This document shows positions 38,050-49,755 of a stretch of DNA of 64,000 bases, piece by piece. A model generated the notes under the pieces. The model was given only the letters and a program-made list of their open reading frames with translations, did not search any database and had not been told where the DNA came from. Position 1 is the first letter of the stretch. The number at the start of each line of letters is the position of its first letter. A program made the translations under genes and the position numbers. The stretch covers positions 12,214,001-12,278,000 of the forward strand of contig NC_043003.1 in the NCBI RefSeq assembly GCF_006345805.1, read 5' to 3'. Source of the stretch: Octopus sinensis. Lineage: Eukaryota.

Positions 38050-38340
38050 CACTGATCTCATCATCATCATCATCATCATCATTTAATGTACGCTTTCCAT
38101 GCTGGCATGGTTTGGATGGTTTGACTGAGGACTGGTGAACCAGAGGCTGCACCAGACTCAATCTGATCTGGCAAAGTTTCTACAGTTGGATGCCCTTCCT
38201 AACACCAACCACTCCGAGAGTGTAGTGGGTGCTTTTTACATGACACTGGCATGAGGGCCTGTCTAGTGGTGCCAGCAACGACCACGCTCAAAAGGTCTTT
38301 TTATGTGCTACCTGCACGGGAGCCAGTCTGACGGCACTGG
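38050..38340 (-). mobile_element. 5'-truncated RTE copy (3' UTR only)
   Basis: (CAT)n tail and family terminus. Confidence 0.9.
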
Positions 38341-39689
38341 CTAGAAATAGTTTGATATATCTTAGCCTGAGACTGTTTGGACTGGGATCCTTATTAAATG
38401 GCCTCTGATATTAAATAAAGTGTAAAACACTTATTGTTTGCAAATTTGTTGCTCCAGTTCTCTGAAGCTACAAGATTTCATGTGTATACTAACAGACAGG
38501 GTATTTGTTTCTCTGGGATTGGTTAAGCGATGTAGACACCCCTGATGAGACCCCTATAAGGGACAAAAGTAATTTAAGGCTGTTCATAATATTTTCCATG
38601 TGGAGAACTAGGTAAATTCGACATGTTTGTATGACTCTCTCTTTCTCATTATAAATATATATATATATACACACGCGCATACACACACATGTATATAATG
38701 TCTGAATGGCTTTATGTTTAACCATACAAGCTTAAAACTGAAACACTTAGGTGAGCAAAATCAGTGAATAGGAGAAAGGGTGAGTATGGGTGATAAAAAT
38801 AGTGATAGAGGAATGAAAGTGTATCTGAGAGCATGATAGGAAAAAGAGATTAATTTTAAATGATTTTAAAGCAATATTGTGATCTAGTGGTCTTGTACTA
38901 TCAAAGGAAAGAATCAGGTGCCACAACAGAAAAGCTAAAGTACACAGAAGCTTTTACATTATCATGAAATTAAACAGATGATGTCTATATTGAGTTGTTT
39001 GGCTGACTATTTGCGTTTACTTGTGTTCTGGTTCATAGTTCACAGAGCATCAGCAATTAGAAACAGCATATGGATTTTGATAGTTTGCTACAATATCTTT
39101 CAAAAGTTGCCAAACACAAATTTATTAGGAAATATTTCCCAGTAGATATGACATGTTCTCTGTCTACAAATGTAGGTTTACATATATCATACCTTGATGT
39201 CATAGGATTGGGTTCCCTGCTGACAGGCCCCTGATATTAAATAAAGTGTTAAACATTTATAGTATATTGGTGTTAGGAAGGGCATCCAGCTGTAAAATCC
39301 TGCCAAACCGGTCATAGAAGTGTGGTGCAGGCTTTGGCCTGGCCAGCTCTTGTGAAATTGTTCCACCCATGCTATCATGGAAGACGGATGTTAAACGATG
39401 AGGATGATGATGTGGTTGACTATTTCACTAGTTTACTGTGGATTTAAAGATTTTTTTTTTAGTTTTAAAATGATGGCTTTATGCCACATTTTCATTAGCC
39501 TCATCCATCATACCACCACTAGCATTTTTCTTCTATTTTTCCATGCCTGCATGAGTTGGTCGGCTCTAATTCAGTATGGTTTCTTGTCACCTGATGCAGT
39601 CCTTTATCATCTTTATAAGACTCAACCTTCTGAAATCAGCTTTCACCATTTCTTTCCATACCTTCCTTAGTAGATATCTGCTTCTAGCT

Positions 39690-39960
39690 GACAAACTAGA
39701 AGCTTTTGAAATTTGTACACGTTGAACTAATAAAGAAGTACTACAATTACTAAATACAAAAAGATCATTACTCTGTTATTAAAAAAAGGAAGCTAACATA
39801 ATTTGGTCAAATAATAGTAAGAGCATAAAGTATACAAAGACTGTTACCAGAAGGAAAGATAAATGGCAAACGCTTGCGAGAAACACCTAAAACAACCTGG
39901 CTTGATATCATCTACGACTTGACTAAATTATCATATAGCAATTATGTAAGAATGGCAGAG
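39690..39960 (+). mobile_element. Old RTE ORF C-terminal fragment
   Basis: Degenerate translation EAFEI..KRKLTxFGQI..EGKINGKRLRETPKTTWLDII. Confidence 0.6.
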
Positions 39961-40557
39961 AAAAAAAAAAAACCTGAAAAGAGATCCTTGTTATTCAACC
40001 TGCTGAGAGTAGATAACACCTGATGATAATCATGATGATAATGTCACTTCTGCAGGTTCTTTCCACTTGGATCACATGGCACACCTTTACTTTTATCATT
40101 CCCACTGTACTTACCTCATCCATACTATCAGTTTTTCTCTCTCACCTATTCCACTGAATTACTCTTCAACTTTCTCTTACCTCATTTGCAACAATGTTTA
40201 TTCATTACTTCTAAATAACCCACTAGTTTCAGGTAGTGATTTATTAAAGACATGTTGCAATGTTTAAATACAACAGCTGGCAGATTTCTATTTATCTTCT
40301 ATGTAATGCATTTATTTATTCATTCCAAATTTTGGTAACTATATCCTTTTTGTTTAAACCACACAGAAAAAATCAGTCTTGAATTGTTTATTACTACTGC
40401 CATGTAAAAAAGAGATTCTTGTATATAAAAGCGTTTACATTATTCAGCTCCACAGCATTTTTGATGAGATGGTGTTTATGTAAGAAATTCTAGACAAAAA
40501 TATATTTGAAACATCTTTATTTTCTCTCTGTCTCTGTGCCTTCCTCCATATGTATAT

Positions 40558-40620
<63 letters not shown>

Positions 40621-40647
40621 TATATATATGTAGATAGATAGATAGCC

Positions 40648-40710
40648 AGATAACCGAAGAGATGGTGTTGTGGATTTCCACTTCGGCATCTGAAACTCAG
40701 AGTTTTATCT
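40648..40710 (+). ncRNA. Type-I hammerhead ribozyme-like motif
   Basis: AGATAA-CCGAAGA-GATG..GTGG/CCAC..CATC-T-GAAA-CT-CAG-AG-TT^-TTATCT: 6-bp stem I, stems II and III present; deviations are U4C and one extra T before GAAA. Confidence 0.55.
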
Positions 40711-40760
40711 TGACTATTGAGTAATGTAACATATTATTTTATATATATATATATATATAT

Positions 40761-43101
40761 CATCATCATCATTTAACGTCCGCTTTCCATGCTAGCATGG
40801 GTTGGACGGTTCAACTGGGGTCTGGGGAGCCCGAAAGCTGCACCAGTCCAGTCAGATCTGGCAGTGTTTCTACAGCTAGATGCCCTTCCTAACGCCAACC
40901 ACTCCGAGAGTGTAGTGGGTGATTTTATGTGCCACCGACACAGGTGCCAGACGAGGCTGACAAACGGCCACGCTCGGGTGGTGTTTTTTATGTGCCACCG
41001 ACACAGGTGCCAGACGAGGCTGGCAGACGGCCACGCTCGGATGGTGTTTTTATGTGCCACCGACACAGGTGCCAGACGAGGCTGGCAGACGGCCACGCTC
41101 GGATGGTGTTTTTATGTGCCACCGACACAGGTGCCAGACGAGGCTGGCAGACGGCCACGCTCGGATGTGTTTTTTATGTGCCACCGACACAGGTGCCAGA
41201 TGAGGCTGGCAAACGGCCACGATCGGATGGTGCTTGTTACGTGCCCACAGCACGGAGGCCAGTCGATGCGGTACTGGCTACAGCCACGTTCGGATGTTTT
41301 CTTATGTGCCACGTGCCACCAGCACTGGTACCACAAAGATACAAATTCCATTGATGTTCATCTATTTTGATTTGTTTTGATTTGATTTTCACTTGCCTCA
41401 ACAGGTCTTCACAAGTGTCACAAGAAGGAAGGTATGCACAGGTGGACTGACTACGTCCCAGGTAGGGGCCATGGGTTATGGCCTGACTAGTCTTGCCGGG
41501 TCTTCGGATGGTGTTTTTATGTGCCACCGACACAGGTGCTAGATGAGGCTGGCGAACGGCCACGATCGGATGGTGTTTGTCATGTGCCCACCGCACTGAC
41601 TACGGCACTGATGGATTTCTTGTGTGCCACAGGCACTGGTACCACAAGATACAAATTCCATTGATGTTCATCTATTTTGTCTATTTTGATTTGATTTGAT
41701 TTGATTTTCACTTGCCTCAACCGGTCTTCACAAGTGTCACAAGAAGGAAGGAAGGTATGCACAGGTGGACTGACTAGTCTTGCCGGGTCTTCGGAAGGTG
41801 TTTTTATGTGCCACCGACACAGGTGCCAGATGAGGCTGGCGAACGGCCATGATCGGATGGTGTTTGTTACGTGCCCACAGCACGGAGGCCGGTCGATGCG
41901 GAACTGGCTACGGCCACGTTCGGATGGTTCTCATGTGTGCCACCGGCACTGGTACCACAAGTGTGTGCCACCGGCACTGGTACCACAAAGATACAGATTC
42001 CATTGATGTTCATCTATTTTGATTTGTTTTGATTTGATTTTCACTTGCCTCAACAGGTCTTCACAAGTGTCACAAGAAGGAAGGTATGCACAGGTGGACT
42101 GACTACACGTCCCAGGTAGGGGCCATGGGTTATGGCCTGACTAGTCTTGCCGGGTCTTCGGATGGTGTTTTTATGTGCCACCGACACAGGTGCTAGATGA
42201 GGCTGGCGAACGGCCACGATCGGATGGTGTTTGTCATGTGCCCACAGAACGAGGCCAGTCGATGCGGTACTGGCTACGGCCACTTTCGGATGGTTTTCTC
42301 TTGTGTGCCACCGCACTGGTACCACAAAGATACAAATTCCATTGATGTTCATCTATTTTGATTTGTTTTGATTTGATTTTGATTTTGATTTTCACTTGCC
42401 TCAACAGGCCTTTGATTTTCACTTGCCTCAACAGGCCTTCACAAGTATCACAAGGAGGAAGGTATGCACAGGTGGACTGACTACGTCCCAGGTAGGGGCC
42501 ATGGTTTATGGCCTGACTAGTCTTGCCGGGTCTTGTGCCAGATGAGGCTGGCGAACGGCCATGATCGGATGGTGTTTGTTACGTGCCCACAGCACGGAGG
42601 CCGGTCGATGCGGAACTGGCTACGGCCACGTTCGGATGGTTCTCATGTGTGCCACCGGCACTGGTACCACAAAGTGTGTGCCACCGGCACTGGTACCACA
42701 AAGATACAGATTCCATTGATGTTCATCTATTTTGATTTGTTTTGATTTGATTTTCACTTGCCTCAACAGGTCTTCACAAGTGTCACAAGAAGGAAGGTAT
42801 GCACAGGTGGACTGACTACGTCCCAGGTAGGGGCCATGGGTTATGGCCTGACTAGTCTTGCCGGGTCTTCGGATGGTGTTTTTATGTGCCACCGACACAG
42901 GTGCTAGATGAGGCTGGTGAACGGCCACGATCGGATGGTGTTTGTCATGTGCCCACAGAACGGAGGCCAGTCGATGCGGTACTGGCTACGGCCACTTTCG
43001 GATGGTTTTCTCTTGTGTGCCACTGTCACTGGTACCAAAGATACAAATTCCATTGATGTTCATCTATTTTGATTTGTTTTGATTTTGATTTTGATTTTGA
43101 T
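40761..43101 (-). repeat. Nested tandem array derived from the RTE ORF end plus 3' UTR
   Basis: One (GAT)n terminus at 40761. ~59-bp units at 40925-41240; marker TACA(A/G)ATTCCATTGATGTTCATC recurs at ~41340, 41650, 41992, 42330, 42705, 43040. Confidence 0.9.
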
Positions 43102-43294
43102 TATATGTAATATATAATCTATATATATATATATATATATAGATATATATTATATATATATGTATATATAATGTATATATATATATGTATAATATATATA
43201 TATATGTATATATATGTATATATATATGTATATATATGTATATATGTGTATATATAAATATGTATATATATGTATATATATGTATATATATATG

Positions 43295-43325
<31 letters not shown>

Positions 43326-43361
43326 GTATATATATATGTATATATGTGTATATATAATATG

Positions 43362-43394
<33 letters not shown>

Positions 43395-43399
43395 GTATG

Positions 43400-43430
<31 letters not shown>

Positions 43431-43481
43431 GTATATATATATGTATATATATATGTATATATGTGTATATATAAATATGAA

Positions 43482-43555
<74 letters not shown>
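43102..43555. repeat. Long (TA)n/(TATATG)n compound microsatellite (similar tracts at 44135-44365, 45540-45700, 54430-54945)
   Basis: Direct reading; source of the YI/IY-repeat ORFs. Confidence 0.95.
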
Positions 43556-43556
43556 A

Positions 43557-43643
43557 TAGAAGGAGCTTCTACAGAACTAGAACTGTTTCATTCAAATTGA
43601 GTACCTTATTTACTGTGGTTAACCCCAACTCAACCCGGGACCT

Positions 43644-43691
<48 letters not shown>

Positions 43692-44134
43692 ATGTATATA
43701 TATGTGTGTGTGTATATATATATATATATTGCTTTACTGTTTACTAAACTTTCTTACCTCTCTCTCATGAAACTGACAGTATCACCCTCTTCCTTCCTTT
43801 TCATAGTTTCACTTGTCTAACCAGCTTTGTATCAATTATTATACCATCAGTAGTAGTATTGTTATCTCTTTGCTCATTATTGAAGCAGCTTATCTGTTCT
43901 TTAAAGTAAATAAACTATTATCTAAGTTTTCTTGGCACCAATATTTCTCAGACACTTCTTTGTTTTGCTATATTGATTAATGAGTTGAGAAGCTATCACT
44001 ACACAACTATCTCTTTAAATCATGTTACATATGCCAGCCTACTCTGCGGAAACACTTGTCATTAACTAGATACTAGATTTCTGCTTGGAAAGTGACTGAT
44101 GTCTCTAGTAGAAACAAAACTGGGATACCCCCTA

Positions 44135-44140
<6 letters not shown>
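43557..44140 (+). mobile_element. Possible Penelope-like element remnant (GIY-YIG C-terminus plus UTR)
   Basis: [11 protein letters not shown] (~43590) resembles the PLE ORF end FKLGTLxPxGLN; decayed hammerhead-like CTGAT--GTCTCT-AGT-AGAAAC-AAAAC at 44096-44120. Confidence 0.35.
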
Positions 44141-44188
<48 letters not shown>

Positions 44189-44222
44189 CATGTTTGTGTA
44201 TATGTATGTATGTATGTTTGTG

Positions 44223-44256
<34 letters not shown>

Positions 44257-44306
44257 TATGTGTTTGTGTGTATATATATATATGTATGTATGTGTATATA
44301 TGTATG

Positions 44307-44352
<46 letters not shown>

Positions 44353-44365
44353 TACATATATATAC

Positions 44366-45539
44366 ACTAGCAGTATCGCCCGGCGTTGCTCGGATGGTAA
44401 GGGAAATAACTATATAAGCATTTTTAGAGAGTTATAGCCAAAAAATAGCAAAAAAATGCATTAAAAATTGAAAAAAAATTAAGGTAAATTTTTTTAAATC
44501 GTTGACACATCGTAGATATTTTTAGAGAGTTACTTCCCTTATATAAAAGCGAAAAAAATGCATTAAAATGGAAAAATATGATGGTAAATTTTTTTAAAAT
44601 CGTAGACTCATCGTAGACGCGCGCTAATACCCAGAAGGGCTCGATATGAATCACGACTATAAGATACCCGCTTTTGGTTAAACTGCACCGCAAAATGTGG
44701 GAGTAATTACGAATGTAAATCGAAGGGGACAGACACACAACTTCACTCTTATATAAAGATGCTTTTTTTTTTCAGTCATAGAGTTAGATTTATCAAGGTC
44801 TTCAGTAGAAAATCCTTCGAATTCTGACTCGCTGCTTGATATAATGAAATTCGTATCCATTTTTTGTCAGAATTACAAATTTTGAAAACACAATAGGAAC
44901 AAATTTCGGAAAACAATCTCCCATAATTCACGGAATTAAAATTACACTTCGATTTTTGTACAAAACTGTATTTGAAGTGTTTACGAAGTATAATACGTGT
45001 TTTCACGAATGTACTAAAGAGATTTACTCTGATATTCTCATTTAAATATGAATAGGTAAATTCGGGCGGTTTGGTAAGGAAAGGGTTTATATAAGTGTCG
45101 TCTGTTTATACATAAACACTGTTTCATAGTTTCAGTTTAGTCTTCCTCAAATCACTGTCGCTAATTTACTCTCTTCCAAGAACATTTTCACTCACTGTTA
45201 TCTGTTAGCTTCCCATACATTTTACTCATGTATCTATCAGCGTGATAGACAGAAACAAATATTACATTTACTTTCATTTTATTTGTTGCCCACTGTGTGT
45301 GTGCGTTTGCGTGTGGTGTAAACCAGACTAAGAAAAGCATTTGACACACACACCAGAATGTGAGTTTTCTGTAAATTTTGCTTAATTGGAGTTTAAATTT
45401 TAAAAACTGGACCTGGCATGACGCGATGCATTGTACTCTTAAAACTGCTAGGTAAATTGTAATTGAAGAAATCCTATATTGTAGATTTGTATAACTCCCA
45501 AAGGGAGGCAGATAAAATCTGCCTTTTATAATAAGAGAT
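44366..45539 (+). mobile_element. Helentron/HINE-like composite (44366-44760, then a second unit ending 45539)
   Basis: 5' ACTAGCAGTATCGCCCGGCGTTGCTCGG; first 3' end GACAGACACACAACTTCACTCTTATATAAAGAT; second 3' hairpin AGGCAGAT-AAA-ATCTGCCT (45506-45524) then TTTATAATAAGAGAT. CpG-rich relative to flanks. Confidence 0.65.
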
Positions 45540-45622
45540 ATATATGTGTATATATATATGTATGTGTGTGTGTATATATGTATATATATATATATATATA
45601 TGTGTGTATTTATTTATATGTA

Positions 45623-45694
<72 letters not shown>

Positions 45695-46333
45695 TGTGTG
45701 TGTAGAGAGAGAGCGAGAGAGAAAGATGTCAGTTTGATAAAATGAACAATAGAAATAGAACTCAATACATGTTTAATTCCTTTTTATTTTTAATTGGTAA
45801 AAGTTACACTTATCAAGTGCCATGCATGAAACTATCAGCTCTTGAATTGCTTGTGTAAATATATGTCAATTAGAGAGTACGTGTGTGTGTGTGTGTGTAT
45901 CATCATCATCATCATTTAATGCCATTTTTGTCATATTGGTATGGATTGGATGTTTCAACATGAACAGGCAATTCAGAGACCTGTGCCAAGTTCTAATGTC
46001 TGTCTTGGCATGGTTTCTACAGCTGGATGCCCTTCCTGACACCAACCATTTTACAGGATGTACTGGATGCTTTTTTACTTAGCAGATAGTTACATAGAAT
46101 AGGTGCAGCCATGATAGCTGTTTGTTTAAGAAATTCACTTCAGAACCACTATGATAACGTGGTTGGTGTTAAGGACATCCAGTTACAGAAATCATGCCCA
46201 AAATGGAATACTCTGAGTGAGACAGGGTCCTCTAACCCATCTAGGAGGGCAACAACTTCAAATTACAAATTGATGATTTGGACCAAGATAACATGTCCAA
46301 TCCATACCAGCATGGAAAGTGAATATAAAAATG

Positions 46334-46697
46334 ACTAGCACTATGACCCGGCGTTGCCAGGTCATAGTGCTAGTGCATGCATATACAGCTGCGTGCATGC
46401 ACACATACACGCGAGTACTGTCCAAATCTCCGACCAATCACATACAGCTAGCTGGCATTCAATTGGCATATCAAGTTTCGGGCATTTTGATTGGGTTTTG
46501 GATAGAAAATTCACAAAAAAGTCACTTCTATTGATTTTTTAATGGCTTTGCGGAGTGACTGGGGAAATGTAAAGATGTGCATGACCACCCTTGGACAGTT
46601 TTGAATGACCATAGAAAGTGCGAGCCCTCTAACTGAAAAATTGTGGATTTGTATAAAGGACACACACAGACATTTTGCTGTTTATATATATAGAGAT
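46334..46697 (+). mobile_element. Non-autonomous Helentron/HINE-like element
   Basis: 15-bp perfect 5' IR ACTAGCACTATGACC/GGTCATAGTGCTAGT; 3' ACACAGACATTTTGCTGTTTATATATATAGAGAT; homologous to 1694-2060. Confidence 0.75.
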
Positions 46698-46794
46698 GAC
46701 GGCAGTCTCACTCTCCCCTCTCTCCCCATTCCTCCTCACACTCTTCCTCTCTCCTCCTCCCTCCCCCACTCTCTCCCTCACACACAGTTTTATA

Positions 46795-47400
46795 TATTTA
46801 TCTTTTACTTGTTTCAGTCAGACTGCGGCCATGCTGGGGCACTGCCATAAAGGGTTTAAGTTGAACTAATCAACCCCAATACTTCTTTTCTATTTTTTTT
46901 TTATTAACCTGTTACTTATTCTTTCAATCTGTTTTATCAAACCACTAAGTTATGGGCATGTAAACACACCAACACTGGTTTTCAGGAGGTGGTAGGAGAC
47001 AAACAGACACAAAGCTATGTGTACATATATTTACACAACAAGCTTCTTTCAGTTTCCGTCTATCAAATCCACTCACAAGGAGTTAATCAGCCTGAGGCTG
47101 TAGTAGAAGACACTTGCCCAAGGTGTCATATAGTGGGAGTGAACTTCTTACCACACGGCCATGTCTATGCCTGCACCTTTATATATATATATATATATAA
47201 AGGTGGCACGTAAAAAGCACCCACTACACTCACGGAGTGGTTGGCGTTAGGAAGGGCATCCAGCTGTAGAAACATTGCCAGATAAGACTGGAGCCTGGTG
47301 CAGCCTTCTGGCTTCCCAGATCCCCGGTCGAACCGTCCAACCCATGCTAGCATGGAGAACGGACGTTAAACGATGATGTTGATGATGATGATGATGATGA

Positions 47401-47405
<5 letters not shown>
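46795..47405. mobile_element. SINE A(-) ~46795-47165 and RTE 3' end(+) 47202-47405 within (TA)n
   Basis: Family motifs; (AT)n on both sides of the RTE piece. Confidence 0.85.
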
Positions 47406-47472
<67 letters not shown>

Positions 47473-47589
47473 TTTTTAATGATTCATTCCATATTAATAC
47501 TGTAGTGCAGAAACTGAATCTTTTACTGTCCTAAATTTTTTGCCCCAAATTGCTTCATCCCTTACAAATATCCTAAATTAACAGTCAAA

Positions 47590-48310
47590 AGGAAGAGAGC
47601 AGTATGATAATGTGATGAAGGGTATGAAGGTAAAGAAGGCAACTGGTCTCCCAAGGACAGTTGCTAAGTTTTGGAAAACATCTAGTAAAGTAGGGTGTGA
47701 TCTTTTTATTCAAATAGAGAAGCCAGTTAAACAAGTGGGTGTTGTACCCAAAATTTATGTTAGCAATATCATTAACTGCAAGAGCAAAGGAGACCTGTTG
47801 GGGGGTGCAACTAATAAGGACCCTGTTCAATCATGAATGACCATGGGATTGCACCTAGAAAGTTCCCCTCCAAGGCACAAGTCTGGGCAAGGTTATTTAT
47901 GGAAGACCAGCAGCTGCCCATGTAGACCAGCCTCCTCGTTCTATGCCACAAATGTTATCCAAGGGAAAGGCAAAGGCCAGTACTGTTAGGCACCAGTGAT
48001 GTCTCAATCCATTTCTACAGCTGAGTGAACTGGAGCAACATGAAATAAAGTGTCTTGCTCAAGAACACAACACACAGCCTGGTTCAGGTATCGAATCCCC
48101 TTCGTTATGATTGTGAATCTGATGCTCTAACCACTAAGTCATGCAACTAGAGGGGTATCAAATGGTTAGACCAAGGTATGAAAGTTGTGGAAAGAAATAA
48201 TTAGGAAATTGTTTAGCATAGACGAGATACAGTTGCATTTTGTGTCAGAATGAGGTACTATTTTCCTAGTGAGATGACAACAGGAAAAGTATTTAGCTAA
48301 GAGAAAGTTC
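47590..48310 (+). mobile_element. Degenerate RTE RT fragment split by SINE B2(-)
   Basis: MKGMKVKKATG..SNIINCKSKGDLL (47612-) continues after 48150 as RGIKWLDQGMKVVE. Confidence 0.65.
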
Positions 48311-48315
48311 TAGCA

Positions 48316-49755
48316 TAGAGGGACAATGGATATGATTTTCACAGCAAGACAGATGCAGGAGAAGTGCTATGAGCATAATATGGATCTTGTCCAGGTAGTC
48401 ATTGATTTAACCAAGGCCTTTGATATTTGCCATGGAAAATACTTGGCAAACTTGGATGTCTGTGTATCTATAATTAAATTACTTCATGATGGGATGGAGG
48501 TTTGGGTCAATGTTGGTGGTAGCATGGCGGAACCCATTCCTGTAGAGAATGGTGTCATGCAGGGTGACATTCTTGCCGCAACTCTCTTTTCTTTGTACTT
48601 TGCTGCTGCTTTTACTCATGCTTTTGCTAAGGTTAGCTCTCTGGGAATATATGTCAGGTATCAATCTTCTGGCTGTCTCTTTAATCTGAGCCGATTTGCT
48701 GCCAATTCAAAAGTTTTCCAGTCTCTTATTTGTGACCTCCTTTATGCAGATGACTGTGACTTAGTCACTCATACAGTGGATGACATGCAAATACTTCTGA
48801 ATCATATTTCTGCTTCTTGCATGGCATTTGGACTTGGCATTAACCTGGACAAGACTGTTGTAATGTTTCAGCCTGCACCAGGAAATCCATATGTGGAACC
48901 AACTATCTTGGTTGAAGGAACAATTCTGAAAGTGGTAGACAAGTTTGTCTGCTTGGGCAGCATACTCAGCCATTCTTGCTCTCTGGATGATGAAATATCT
49001 TTCAGGCTGCAGAGAGCAACTGATTCCTTCCAGTCTCTTTAGTCTCATGTCTGGTCCCAGCATGGCATCACAAAGCAAACAAAAGTTGCTGTGTACCGTG
49101 CATCATTCCTTTATTCATGTGAGACATGGACCCTTTACAAACATCATGTAAGGATCCTGGAACACTTTCATCAAAGATGCCTGAGACACATTCTGAATGT
49201 TGGTTGAACCTTAAAAACTACAGACACAGGTCCTGAAGACAGCTTATACCTTGAGTATTGAGGCAATGGTGTACAAGCACCAGGTAAGTTGGACTGGTGC
49301 TTGTGCCAGTGTAACTTATTAGAATGAAGGATAGCAGGATCCCTAAACAGATGCTATAAGGGGAACTTGTTAATGGAAAAAAACTCTGGCAGAAACCAAG
49401 GCTGCTATTTAAGGACTGTATCAAGTCCTCTTTAAGGGCCTGTGATATGCAGGAGACTGACTGGGAAAGCAGTGCCTATCATCACCACAGATGGAGGAAA
49501 AAGGTTAAGGAGGAGGTCAACACCTTTAAGAGAATACGTATTCTGCATGAAGAATTTAAGTGTGCTGCTCGACAGCACACTGCTGGTGTATGGGGAAAGC
49601 TTGGTTTGCAATGTTTGCAGTTGTGTATGTTTGTCAAGAGCAGGGCTCATTAGCCACCAACAGAGCTGCAAATGCAAAATATAAGTTAGTCCTAGAGCGC
49701 ACAATGTTCCTGAAGGTCAGCAATGGTCTTCCTTGGGCATGAGTGGACAGCCATC
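48316..49755 (+). pseudogene. Second RTE lineage (BovB-like) RT and C-terminus, 5'-truncated, disrupted
   Basis: ORF 48326-49042: DMIFTARQMQEKC, IDLTKAFD, GVMQGDILAATLFSLYF, LLYADD, KFVCLGS; downstream remnants; terminal CxxC..H..C motif (49620-49670). Confidence 0.9.

Noticed and set aside
39061-39171. Open frame KQHMDFDSLLQYLSKVAKHKFIRKYFPVD with GTAGGT donor
   Set aside because: The pyrimidine-tract acceptor (39038) gives stops in all frames before the donor; the in-frame AG is the fourth downstream. Needs RNA-seq.
40773-42928. Repetitive ORFs (MCHRHRCQ.., PPTQVPDEAG..) and CRISPR-like periodicity
   Set aside because: Tandem LINE UTR units with no unique spacers; eukaryotic context.
43119-44437. 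Long YI/IY-repeat ORFs (also 54284-54957, 45546-45737)
   Set aside because: Translations of (TA)n/(TG)n microsatellites.
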